DNA of 64,000 nucleotides from an uncultured Spirochaetota bacterium (GTDB lineage Bacteria; Spirochaetota; Spirochaetia; SZUA-6; CAVTHK01), in assembly GCA_963734495.1 (NCBI GenBank), contig CAVTHK010000013.1:288001-352000 (forward strand), written 5' to 3'. The position numbers were made by a program, and so were the translations under genes. The notes beneath the pieces are model-generated. The model was given only the letters and a program-made list of their open reading frames with translations, was not told the origin of the DNA and did not search any database. Shown here piece after piece: positions 37,277 through 50,472 of this stretch; positions within the stretch are counted from its first letter, which is position 1; each line of letters opens with the position of its first letter.

Positions 37277-38779
37277 TCAGACGCGCGCCCCATCCAGCAT
37301 GAGGCGCACGCGTCCGGCGACTCTGGCCGCGATGCGCCGGCACGCGGCGATGCCGCCGCCGCTGAGGTATGCCTCGACGCCGGCGGGCGAGGAGAAATCC
37401 GCGTGCGTGATCGCCCGGCACTGGGTGCTGCCGAGCTCCGTGGCGAACCAGGACGCCAGCTCCCCGCCGCGGTTCATCGGCACGTTGAACTTGTTGACGC
37501 CGTCGTCAAAGGCGGGGCCGCCCGTCCACATGAGGGCGACCATGTGCAGGACGCGCAACGGGTTGCCTTCGATTTCCCCGATGCGCAGGCCCAGGGCCAT
37601 GACTCCCGCGGTGAGCGCGCTGCAGGTCATGCCTGTGAACAGCGTCCCGCCCAGGAACGCGCTGGCCGCGTCGAGGAGCTGCGGACCCGCCGGGAGCCCG
37701 TCGACCTGCCGCAGCACGTCCTGCGCGCAGTGAAACCCGCAGCCTGCGAGCTCGGCGTACAGCCGGCGGTACGCCGCACGCGTCTCGCCGGTGATGGCGG
37801 CGCGGTCATCGCCGGACAGGACGCCGCGGATAAGCCCCGCGGAATGAGCGACCGTCCGGACGCACGGCAGCACGCGAGGCGGCGTCCCGCGGATCTCGCG
37901 GCAAAGCAGCGTCCCGCGGCAGCGCCGGAATCGCGCCATGTGATCGTGGCCGAGGTCGAAAACGAGCGGGAGTCCCTCATCGATCTCGCGGAGGCCGTGG
38001 CGCAGGCCCAGCAGCATCAGCGGCGACGTGATCCCGCCGCATTCGCCCCCGGTGTTGCCTATGCCTCCCGGCAGGCCGGCCGCCAGCCTGACGGCCCACT
38101 CCTCGTTCCGGAGGGTGCTCATCACGGTCGGGGCGCAGTGCCCCATATGGAGCAGCCTCCAGAACGCCTTGGCGCCGTAGAGTCCCCTGCGGACGGCGAG
38201 GGGCAGCGTCAGGTAGCGCGCGACGCGGTCGCGATAGCGCTCGTAGTCCGGGCCAAACGTGTGAAGCAGCCACCGCTCCTCGGCGAGGATGATCCTGTGA
38301 TGGACCGCCGCGACGAACGCGCCCGCGGCAAGCATCGCGGGATTGCGCGTGTAGAGGATCGCGGCGAGGATGGTGGCATCGATTCCAGCGTACATCGGGT
38401 TCCGCGAGAAACGATAGACGCCGTTGCAGTGCAGGCGCGTCGCTTCGCTCGGAAGGCCGAACCTGAGATGAGCGCCCAGGCACGTGTGGCCGAGGAACAG
38501 CAGAGCGAACCCGCAGACCCATAGGCCGCCGGACAGCCAGAGCGGCGCGGGCGCGAGCGCGAGCGGCTGCCATCCCAGCCCCCAGCTCTGCAGCGACGCC
38601 GCAGCCCAGATCCCGATCGCCAGGTACTTGGACGCGAGGAACGGCAGCGTGTGGATCGGCGGGCGCCCGCCGATCGCGATCCGACGGCGCGCGAGCGCGG
38701 CTTCACTCGCCAGCAGGTGGGCGAGGAACGCGAGGGGCAAAGCCGTCGCGATCACTTTTTCCATGCCGGTCACCTTCAC
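37277..38779 (-). CDS. Fusion: ICMT/PEMT-type membrane methyltransferase domain plus two C_GCAxxG_C_C-type redox domains
   Basis: GVYRFSRNPMY..EERWL..FGPDY; HCA..GGECGGITS..C..C and HCA..MTCSALTAG..C..C. Confidence 0.8.
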   Translation of the reverse strand: MKVTGMEKVIATALPLAFLAHLLASEAALARRRIAIGGRPPIHTLPFLASKYLAIGIWAAASLQSWGLGWQPLALAPAPLWLSGGLWVCGFALLFLGHTCLGAHLRFGLPSEATRLHCNGVYRFSRNPMYAGIDATILAAILYTRNPAMLAAGAFVAAVHHRIILAEERWLLHTFGPDYERYRDRVARYLTLPLAVRRGLYGAKAFWRLLHMGHCAPTVMSTLRNEEWAVRLAAGLPGGIGNTGGECGGITSPLMLLGLRHGLREIDEGLPLVFDLGHDHMARFRRCRGTLLCREIRGTPPRVLPCVRTVAHSAGLIRGVLSGDDRAAITGETRAAYRRLYAELAGCGFHCAQDVLRQVDGLPAGPQLLDAASAFLGGTLFTGMTCSALTAGVMALGLRIGEIEGNPLRVLHMVALMWTGGPAFDDGVNKFNVPMNRGGELASWFATELGSTQCRAITHADFSSPAGVEAYLSGGGIAACRRIAARVAGRVRLMLDGARV

Positions 38780-38962
38780 CTTTGATTCTAAGCGCCGGCG
38801 GGCTGTAACGGGGGCGCTTTTTTGTGAACGGGTCGAGGCGGGGTCAGCGCTGGACGTAGCTCACCGCGGCCTCGACAGCCCTTGACGCCCTCTCGCGACG
38901 TCGGCGACACTCGCGCTCGTGGCTGCCGCGCGGGAGCGGCCGCTTGCTCCGAGGAGGTCCGT

Positions 38963-40211
38963 GTGAAGCCTGTGACGCTGATCGTGGCGGGCGCCGGAAA
39001 CCGCGGCACCGTCTACTCGCAATACGCCCTCGAGCACCCCGACAAGGCCAAGGTCGTCGGCGTCGCGGAGCCGCGGGACTTCTACCGCGAGCGCATCGCG
39101 CGCGGCCACGCGGTGCCGGCAGCAAATGTCTTTGCGGACTGGCGCGAGATGGCGTCGCGCGAGCGGCTCGCCGACGCGGTGATCATCGCGACGCAGGACC
39201 GCATGCACCGCGAGTGCGTCGAAGCCTTCGCCGCGCGCGGCTACCACATCCTGCTGGAAAAGCCCATCGCCCCCGACGAGGCGGGCTGCCGCGCGATCCT
39301 CGCGGCCGCCAAGGCGGGCGGCGGCCTGTTCGCCGTCTGCCACGTGATGCGCTACACGGACTACACGCGCCGGCTCAAGGAGCTCCTCGACGCGCGGCGC
39401 GGTGGGCGACATCGTGAGCGTGCAGCTCCTCGAGCCCGTGGGCTTCTGGCACCAGGCCCACTCCTTCGTCCGCGGCAACTGGCGCAGCGAAGCGCAGAGC
39501 TCCTTCATGCTGCTCGCCAAGAGCTGCCACGACCTGGACTGGATCCGCTACATCGTCGGCCGGCGCTGCCTGCGGGTCAGCTCCTTCGGCTCGCTCAAGC
39601 ACTTCCGGCCGCGAGGAGGCGCCCGCGGGCGCCGGCGAGCGCTGCGTCGCCTGCGGCGTCGAGCCCTCCTGCCCCTACTCCGCGGTCAAGATCTACCTCG
39701 ACCGCGTGCGAGCCGGGCACACGGACCTGGCCCGTGAACGTGATCACGCCCGAGCCCACCGAGGCGAGCGTGCGCGAGGCGATCAGCACGGGCCCGTACG
39801 GCCGCTGCGTCTACGCCTGCGACAACGACGTCGTCGACAACCAGGTCGTGAACATGGAGTTCGAAGGCGGCCGGACGGCGACCTTCACCATGACCGCCTT
39901 TACGGAGAAGCGCGACCGCGCAGGTGCGCATCTTCGGCACCCGCGGCGAATGCAGCGGCGACGGCGAGGTGATCGACCTCTACGACTTCCTCACCGACAG
40001 CCATCGAAAGATCGACACGCGCGCGACCGACGCGGGCGCGCTCGCCGGCCACGGCGGCGGCGACTACGGCCTGGCGGCCGCGTTCGTCGAGGCCGTCGCC
40101 ACCGGCGACTGCGCGCGCATCCTCTCCGGCCCCGACGAGTCGCTCGAGAGCCACCTCATGGTGTTCGCCGCCGAGCGTTCCCGCCACGAGGAGAGAGTAG
40201 TTAAAGTCTGA
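38963..40211 (+). CDS. Gfo/Idh/MocA oxidoreductase, several frameshifts
   Basis: GAGNRG, LEKP, CHVMRY / HSFVRGNW, KSCHDLD / YGRCVYACDNDVVD / GHGGGD in shifting frames; GAGGAGG RBS. Confidence 0.85.
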
Positions 40212-40229
40212 AGGTACCCGCGCGGGCGA

Positions 40230-41320
40230 CTACTGGAGCTTGCCGCGGCCCTGGATGTCCCAGATCACCTCGACCCTGCCGTTGCGCACGCCGTACAGAC
40301 GGTCGTGCAGGAACACCGTCGAGTCGCCGTAGCTCACGACGAAGTCGAAGGCGTCGCCCGGCTTGATCTTCGTGTCCGGGCGCTCGAGCGTGAGCGTCCC
40401 GTGCTCGGCCGAAGGCTTGTACGGCGCGGTCTCGGGGAGCCCGGCCGAGGCGAACGGCGATCTCGCCCACGCGGGCAGCGCCTTGAAGCCCGCGTCGAAG
40501 ATGACGCGCGTCGGCGTCGGGCGGCTCGTCACCATCGTCCGCACGAAGAGCGAAGGCTTCGTGCCCGCCCCGTAGGCGAGGTACGTCGCGTCGCAGAAGA
40601 TCGCGCCGCCCGCCTGCACCTCGGTGAGCACGCCGAGCCGCGGGCTGAGAAGGTAGTCGCCGCTTCCGCCGCCGCTCACGATGCTCACGGGGAGCCCCGC
40701 CTCGCGGCAGAGGCGCGCGCTTTCGCCTAACAGGCCGACGGCCTTCTCGACGGCCGCCTTCTTCTCGGCGCTTCCTTGATGCCGACGGTGTGGCCTTCCC
40801 AGCCCATCACGCCGCGGTAGCGCAGCCCTTTCGTCTCGCACAGGATGCGCGAGAGCTCGAGCGCGGGCGCGCCGGGGGCGACCCCCGCGCGGCCCATGCC
40901 GATGTCCACCTCGACGACCACGCCGATCTCGCTCCCCGCGTCGCGTGCGGCGGCGCCGAGCTCGCGCGCGTTCTCCGCGCCGTCGACCGCGACCTTTACG
41001 TCCGCGCGCCGGGCGAGCTGCGCGAGGCGCGGCGCCTTGAGCGGCCCGACGACCTGGTTCGCGATCAGGATGTCGCGGATGCCGCCCGCGACCATCACCT
41101 CCGCCTCGGCGAGCTTGGCGCACGTGACGCCGATCGCGCCGGCGGCGATCGCCTTGCGCGCTATGTCCGGAACCTTGATCCCCTTGGTGTGCGGCCGCCA
41201 GCTCACGCCCGCCTCGCGGAAGTGCGAGGCGAGCGCCTGGATGTTCGCCTCGAGCTGGTCGAGGTCCGTCCAGAGGAAGGGGGTGTCCACCGCGTTCTTC
41301 GTGAGTCCGATCTCGCTCAT
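40230..41320 (-). CDS. DSD1/D-threonine-aldolase-like PLP enzyme, frameshift near 40770
   Basis: DTP..D, WRPHTK, AKLAEAE, GMGRAG, GWEGH / SGGGSG, EVQAG, DAGFK, SAEHG. Confidence 0.85.
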
Positions 41321-41330
41321 GTCGTTCCTT

Positions 41331-44197
<2,867 letters not shown>

Positions 44198-44232
44198 TCG
44201 CACCTCCCTGCGCGTTCCCTCCGCGCCGGGGC

Positions 44233-44469
44233 CTACGCGGTCGGCTCCTGGCGCGCATCGGTGAAGAACCTGATCCCGGGGAGCGCTTCCGCTTTCGCTT
44301 TCGCCTCGCGGCTGGCGGCTCCCCGCACGACGTAGCGGCCCAGCCCCGGATTCACGAGGATGGGGCCGTACCCCTCGTCAAGCTCGACGCCGGTCTCGGC
44401 CAGGAGCTCCTTGGCGCCGGGCATGTCGAGCTTTCGAGCGGGGGACTCGATCTGGATGAGAAATCGCAT
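44233..44469 (-). CDS. Small protein resembling the adjacent subtilase prodomain
   Basis: 78 aa; VELDEGYGPI, RYVVRG, FFTDAR parallel LEFDEGFHPV, TYAVRA, VFADPR. Confidence 0.72.
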   Translation of the reverse strand: MRFLIQIESPARKLDMPGAKELLAETGVELDEGYGPILVNPGLGRYVVRGAASREAKAKAEALPGIRFFTDARQEPTA

Positions 44470-44557
44470 CGCGTGACGACGGCCACTCATGTGACAAAGT
44501 GCCGGGCCGCGGGGCCGGCTCCCTTCAAAGTCTAGGCGGCTGCGGCTCGGAATTCAA

Positions 44558-44605
44558 CCCGGCGAGTACGCCGGGCAGGTGCCCGGCGAGTACGCCGGGC
44601 AGGTG
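44558..44605. repeat. Two tandem 24-bp palindromic units CCCGGCGAGTACGCCGGGCAGGTG (REP-like)
   Basis: Exact duplication; each unit folds as CCCGGCG-AGTA-CGCCGGG. Confidence 0.8.
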
Positions 44606-44645
44606 CCCGCACCCGCCGGTGCGGCCGCGCCGCCGTCGCTCCCCA

Positions 44646-45644
44646 TCACCAGGCGTACGCCTTGGGCGCCTCGCCCCCGGGCCCGGGGAAGATCGCGTCC
44701 AGCTTCGAGAGGACCTCGGCGTCGAGCTTGAGGGCCGTCGCGCGCAGGGCGCTCTCGAGCTGCTCGATCGTGCGCGGCCCGATGATCGGCGCGGTCACGA
44801 CCGGGTTCGCGAGGAGCCATGCCAGGCCGACGACCGCGGGAGGCTCCCCGAGCGACTTGCAGAGCGCCTCGTACTGCTCGAGCTTCGCGCGGTTCTTCTC
44901 GACCGTGTCATCGAAGCCCTGCCGGGCCCTGCGGCCTTCCCTCTGCTTCTGCAGCGCTCCGCCAAGCAGGCCGCCCGCGAGCGGGCTCCAGGGGATGAGC
45001 CCCAGCCCGTAGTGGCGGCAGGCGGGGACGACCTCAAGCTCGACCGTGCGGTTGTTGAGGTTGTAGACGCTCTGCTCGCTCGCGAGACCCATCAGGCCGC
45101 GGCGGGAGGCCTCCTGGCATGCGGTCGCGATGTCCCAGCCCGCAAAGTTGCTCGAGCCGACGTACACGACCTTGCCCTGCTTGACGAGCGCGTCGAAGGC
45201 CTGCCACGTCTCCTCCCACGGGCAGTCGCGGTCGACGTGGTGCATCTGGTAGAGGTCGATCGTCTCGGTCTGCAGCCGTTTGAGGCTGCCCTCGCAGTGC
45301 CGCTTGATCTTGAGCGCCGACAGGTTCCGGTTCGAGTGGTTGGGCTCGGGCTTGCCCGGCGGCAGCTCGACAGGGTTGTAGACCTTGGTCGCCAGGACCA
45401 CCGCGTCGCGGCGGCCGCCGCCCTGCGCGAACCAGCGGCCGAGGATCTGCTCGGTGCGGCCGCGGTTCCCCTCGCCGCCGTACACGTCGGCGGTGTCGAA
45501 GAAGTTGATGCCGAGCTCCAGCGCCCGGTCCATGATCCGGAAGCTGTCCGCCTCGCTCGTGTGCGAGCCGAAGTTCATGGTTCCGAGACACAGGTTGCTC
45601 ACGAGAGCCCCGTGCCTCCCCAGTCTGCGGTATTCTATTGCCAT
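44646..45644 (-). CDS. Aldo/keto reductase
   Basis: LGTMNFG, DTADVY, ATK, IDLYQMH, WSPLAGG, IIGPR. Confidence 0.93.
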   Translation of the reverse strand: MAIEYRRLGRHGALVSNLCLGTMNFGSHTSEADSFRIMDRALELGINFFDTADVYGGEGNRGRTEQILGRWFAQGGGRRDAVVLATKVYNPVELPPGKPEPNHSNRNLSALKIKRHCEGSLKRLQTETIDLYQMHHVDRDCPWEETWQAFDALVKQGKVVYVGSSNFAGWDIATACQEASRRGLMGLASEQSVYNLNNRTVELEVVPACRHYGLGLIPWSPLAGGLLGGALQKQREGRRARQGFDDTVEKNRAKLEQYEALCKSLGEPPAVVGLAWLLANPVVTAPIIGPRTIEQLESALRATALKLDAEVLSKLDAIFPGPGGEAPKAYAW

Positions 45645-45824
45645 AGTCTCTAGATACGAACTCCGGTGCGGCCGCGTCAACCGGCTTCAACCCGTCGAGT
45701 ACTCAGGGCCAGGGCGCGTGTTCTTGACCGCCTGCGCCGCCTTCCCGTAGTCTCAAGACCTCAGGGGGCCGTCCGCCGGTCGGGTGCGTCGGCGCGCGTC
45801 GCCTCCGGAAGCCGCACCCGAGCC

Positions 45825-47138
45825 GTGAGACGAGCCCCTTTCCCCAAAGAGTACCTCAGCTTCTTTCTCCCGCTGGCGGTCCAGGGTGTGGCGCAGTCTC
45901 TGACCCACCCGCTGGTGGCGATGGTGTCGTCGCACGGACCCGGAGGCGCGCTCGCCCTCGCGGGCCAGGGGCAGGCAGGCAGCCTCATGTTCCTCCTGCA
46001 GACGCTGAACCTGGGGCTGCTCACGACAGGCATGGTGTTCGGCCGCACGCGCGGTGGTTTCCGGGTGTTCCTGGGCGCCTGGGCGACGCTGGGGGCGGTC
46101 ACGGTGAGCGCCCAGATCGTGGCCGCGATCCCGGCCGTGTCGCACTGGCTGTTCGCGGGGGTCATCGGGCTGCCGCCCGGCATAGAGGGGCCCGCGCGCA
46201 TCAGCTTCGCGACGGGCATCCTCGCGCGCTTTCTCTTTCACCTGCGGATGCCGTTCCAGGTGATCCTGCTCAACAACCGCGCGAGCTCCCGGGCCAGCGC
46301 GGCGGCGATCGGCCGCGTGGCGCTCGCGCTGCTGCTTGCGCCGCTTTTTGTCCGCACGGGGCTGGTCGGCAACTTCTGGGGCGAGGTCTGCCTGGCGATC
46401 TCGGCTCTCTTCGAGCTGGTCGCGGTCGCGATCATGGCGCGGCCGTACCTCGCCCGCTTCGTGCCCGAGACTCCCGCGGAGGCCAAGCCGTCGTCGGTCC
46501 GCGGCCTGATCGCCTTTACCCTCCCTCTCTCCCTGGGCTCCACGATCCTCAGCCTCTCGGGCAACCTGCTGTCCGCGTTCATGGCGCGCGCTCCCAGCCC
46601 GGAGATCGTCCTGCCGGTCTACCAGCTTGCCCTTACCGTGACGGGCACTCTGTCGTACGCGAGCACGCAGGTGGAGCGGGTGGTGGTCGCGTTCGCGCCG
46701 GGATCCCTCGCCGACCGTTCGACGACGCGCTTCGCGGCCGCCGTGGGGATCGTGACCGGCCTGCTGCCGCTCCTGTTCCAGCTGGAGCCGCTGCGCAGCG
46801 CTTACTTCGTGACCGTGCAGAACCTGCCCCGCGAGCGGCTGGGCTCGCTCGGCCTGTTGACGGTTTTGCTCACGGGCCAGGGGCTGGTGATCGCGATGCG
46901 CTCGCGCCTCACAGGTGTCGCTTCCTCCCTGGGCGCGCCCGCGATCGTGCTGGGCGGCAACGCGGCGCTTCTCGCGGCCATGACTGCGACCGGCGCGTTC
47001 TGCCTGTCGGCGGGCGTGCCGGGGCTCCTGATCGGGCCGCTGGGGATGTACGTTTCCAACGCAGCCGCGATCCTGACCATGACCGTGCTGGCGAGGCGGC
47101 GGGTGAGACAGCCGGCAGCGTCCGCCGCGGCTCAGTGA
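45825..47138 (+). CDS. MATE/MOP-like multi-pass membrane protein
   Basis: About 12 TMs in two repeats starting FFLPLA and FTLPLS; start uncertain. Confidence 0.65.
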   Translation: MRRAPFPKEYLSFFLPLAVQGVAQSLTHPLVAMVSSHGPGGALALAGQGQAGSLMFLLQTLNLGLLTTGMVFGRTRGGFRVFLGAWATLGAVTVSAQIVAAIPAVSHWLFAGVIGLPPGIEGPARISFATGILARFLFHLRMPFQVILLNNRASSRASAAAIGRVALALLLAPLFVRTGLVGNFWGEVCLAISALFELVAVAIMARPYLARFVPETPAEAKPSSVRGLIAFTLPLSLGSTILSLSGNLLSAFMARAPSPEIVLPVYQLALTVTGTLSYASTQVERVVVAFAPGSLADRSTTRFAAAVGIVTGLLPLLFQLEPLRSAYFVTVQNLPRERLGSLGLLTVLLTGQGLVIAMRSRLTGVASSLGAPAIVLGGNAALLAAMTATGAFCLSAGVPGLLIGPLGMYVSNAAAILTMTVLARRRVRQPAASAAAQ

Positions 47139-47908
47139 GTCTTTTCGAGGGTCTCGATCCAGAACCAGAGCGATTCGCGGACGCGCTCCCGAACCAGGCC
47201 CATGTCCTTGCGGCGGATGGCGTCCAGCACCGACTCGTGGTTGCGCCACGCAAGCATCGGGTCCGCTTCGACGCTCTTCTCGATCGAGGCGAAGAAGAGG
47301 CGGTAGATGGTCCTTCCGATCTTCGAGAGCAGCCGGTTGCCGGAGAGATCGAGGAGCGCCTCGTGGAACGCGAGGTCGAGGTCGCGGAACTGGTGGGGCT
47401 CGTGCGCGGCCTTCTGCGCTTCCTCATGCAGCCGCTCGTTCGCCTCCTCGAGAGGCCGGAGGTCCGGATGCGCCTCGCGCCGCAGCATCAGCTCGACGGC
47501 CGCGCTGTCCAGCACGACGCGCATCTGGATGAACTCGAGCGAGGTGCCCTGCTCGACGATGAGGCTGAGGATCAGCGGCGTCAGCACCGCGGGCGACGTG
47601 CTGCGGGCCACGAAGGTGCCGGAGCCCCTGCGGATCTCCACGGCCCCGACGGACGAGAGCATCTTGATCGCCTCGCGCACGGAGTTGCGGCCGACGCCCA
47701 GCTTCTGCGCGAGATCGGTCTCGGTGGGCAGCTTGTCTCCGGGCTTCAAGTCGCCGTTGAGCAGAGCGTTCGTGATCAGGTCTACGATCGAAGAAGAGAC
47801 CGAGTCGCCCCTGATGGGTCTCAGCGATTGCTCGAAACCGTTGTCTGCCACCGCCGGCCGTCCGCCTGCGACAACACTAACCCGAGTCGGTCCCGTTCCG
47901 CCACTCAC
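47132..47908 (-). CDS. GntR/FadR family regulator
   Basis: LKPGDKLPTE..LGVGRNSVREA..GSGTFV; FCD domain with DLAFH. Confidence 0.92.
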   Translation of the reverse strand: MSGGTGPTRVSVVAGGRPAVADNGFEQSLRPIRGDSVSSSIVDLITNALLNGDLKPGDKLPTETDLAQKLGVGRNSVREAIKMLSSVGAVEIRRGSGTFVARSTSPAVLTPLILSLIVEQGTSLEFIQMRVVLDSAAVELMLRREAHPDLRPLEEANERLHEEAQKAAHEPHQFRDLDLAFHEALLDLSGNRLLSKIGRTIYRLFFASIEKSVEADPMLAWRNHESVLDAIRRKDMGLVRERVRESLWFWIETLEKTH

Positions 47909-49573
47909 CGCAGCCGCCCGTGCACGACGTGCAGCACCCAGTCCTCGGCATCGGGGGCCGCGAACCGCTCCAGCCCCCCTCCCGCCACCGCAGGCCGCTC
48001 GCTCGTCTCCCCCGTGCGCGGGTTGAGCCAGCTCACCTCATACGGCCCCGCCGCCAGCCGCAGCCCCGCGCTCCCGCCCGCCGCGTAGTACACCAGGTAC
48101 TCCCGCCCCGCCTCCGCAAGGCAGTACACCAGGTTGCTCGCTTCCACCAGCAGCCCATCCGAGGGCTCCATCCGCCACCACGCCACCCCAGCCGTCTCGA
48201 TGAGCTCGGCCATCCGCGCGAGGTCCGCGTAGATCGGAGGGTCGCCCGCAAGGGCGAACAGCTTCGACTCGTACAGCCTCTTCCCGTCGGCCACCGGATA
48301 GTGGCGGTCCACCCGTCCCATCATGAACCCGCTCGCCAGCGCCACCCAGTACCCGCGCCGCTCCCAGCCGTAGCGGTTGTTGTTGAACCGGTCCTGCTCC
48401 CCGATGATCGCCGGCCGGTCGTAGCCCCAGAACCGCTCCCCGAACCGGTTCAGGTTCGCGCAGAACAGCACGGGGTCGTCCATCGTCGTGTGCTCCTGCG
48501 TGATCATGATGTTGTTCCTGCTGTGCCGCACCAGCTCCGCGCACTCCCCCGTGTCCCCGATCGCCTGCAGCCGCCCGTGCGGGTCGCGCGCAGCCACGTA
48601 GTCGCCCCAGTGCCCGTACCACGCCGCGTGCCGCGCAGCACCGGGCCGGTCGATGTTCCCGCACTCCGCTCGCCAGCGCCCACCACAGGTTCCAGTACGC
48701 CGAAAGCCGCGCCACCGTGTAGGCCACGTAGCGGCCTATGTACTCGACGTGAGCGCGGTTGCCCAGGTCGAACATCTCGGCGAACCCGTCCCGTCGCGAT
48801 CGCTGTCCTCCAGCCACCCGCCGTTGGCCGCGTTCAGCGGGTGGTGCGACCACTCGAGCTGCCGCCACACCGAGTTGTCGTACAGCAGCTCCAGCCCGTA
48901 GAAGATCCCCTTCTCCTTCGCGTAGCCGATCGTGCGGTCGAGCCTGCGGTAGTAGTCGAGGTTGAAGCGCTCCCGGTCGATCCGGTTCGCCTTCGCGTCC
49001 ACCACCTTCCACGGCCACTCGAACGAAGGGTCCGTGTTGAAGTCCTGCCGCGCATAGATCTGGTTCACCACGATAAGCAGGTTCACGCCGTAGCGGCCGA
49101 GGGTGTCGAGGTAGGCGCGCACGTCCGCCTCGCTCGGGTAGCCGTAGCGCAGGTCGCCGTGCTCGCTCCTGTTGCCGAAGCCGGGGTGCGGCGCACCACC
49201 CGTCGTTGACGACGAAGAAGGGCCTGCCGTCGGCGCGGAAGAACCAGTTGGGGAACTGCGGGTCGACTGCGAGCGGACCGCGCGAGACGGGCGCGGTGCA
49301 CGCGAACGAGCCGCTCCTGCCGTCGAGGGCCGGGTCGTCGGAAACGGTGCGCCAGCGCCAGCGCCCCTCGACGGGCGGGGCGAAGCGGACGCGCCAGAGA
49401 CCGCCGCGGCCGCCTTCAACTTCACCATCATAGAAACCTTCGATCCAGAGCCGCCGGTCGGGGCCGTCGAAGACGACGGTGAGGCTCACGTCCGTGAACG
49501 GGTTGTCGTAGCGCCGCTCGCTCGCAAACGACTCTTCGAAGATCTCCCACTTCGCGACCGATCTGTCCGCCAT
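47905..49573 (-). CDS. DUF5060/DUF4038-type putative glycoside hydrolase with C-terminal beta domain, frameshifted
   Basis: KWEIFE..YDNPF..GFYDG..WRVRFAP..GRWRW; FNLDYYRRLD..; C-terminal WLNPRTG..DWVLHV. Confidence 0.75.
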
Positions 49574-49608
49574 ACGCTCCCTTTCGCCGAAGCGCGCGCC
49601 GGCCCGCC

Positions 49609-50472
49609 CTATCCCTTGATGCCGGTCATGCTGATGCCTTCCACGTAGTAGCGCTGCAGCACCGTGAACAGCGCGAGGATCGGGACCACCGCGGCCACCG
49701 TCCCGGCCATCAGCAGGCGCCACTGCGTCCCGTACTGCCCCACGAAGATGCCGAGGCCCAGCATGACGGTCATCTTCTTCGTGCTGTTGATGTAGATCAG
49801 CGGATCCATGAATGCGTTCCACGTCCACATGAAGCTGATCACCGCCATGGTCGCCAGCGCGGTGCTCGCGAGCGGCATGATGATGTAAAGGTAGACCTGG
49901 AACGAAGAGCAGCCGTCCATCTTGCCGGAGTCCTGCAGCTCGTCGGGGATCGTGATGTAGAACTGCCTCATCAGGAAGATCCCGTAGGCGAAGAACAGGC
50001 TCGGAGGGATGATCAGCGGCAGGTGCGTGTCCACCCACCCGAGGTAGAACATCAGCAGGTACTCCGGGATGAGGATCACGGCGCGCGGCACCATCATCGT
50101 CGCGAGCACGACGAGCATGAGGAAGTTGCGGCCCTTGAAATGCAGCTTCGCGAACGTGTAGCCGGCGAGCGACGCGAGGAAGAGCCGGGCCACGGTGACG
50201 ATCGTCGTGATCTTGAAGGAGTTGGCGAAGAAACGGCTGAAAGGCAGGGTCTTGAAGGCCTGCACGTAGTTGTTGAAGGTGACCGGCCACGGGATCCACT
50301 CGGGCGGATAGCCGAACTCCTTGCCGGGGATCTTGAGCGAGGTCGACAGCGCCCAGAGGAACGGCGCCACCATCACGACCGTGCCGGCGGAGAGCACCAG
50401 CGTCACGAGGATGTTGCCGAGCACGCGTGTGGCCGCTGCGCGCGCTCATCTCATGCGCCCCCTCTGCTTCAT
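49609..50472 (-). CDS. Carbohydrate ABC permease (MalG-type); in-frame TGA at codon 9, alternative GTG start 50424
   Basis: FLMRQFYITIPDELQDSGKMDG, WNAF. Confidence 0.88.

Noticed and set aside
32191-37302. 1703-aa ORF starting with CopB motifs
   Set aside because: A frameshift near 33274 sends the frame antisense through asd and the symporter; not a real giant protein
44558-44605. CRISPR array
   Set aside because: Two adjacent units, no spacers, no cas genes
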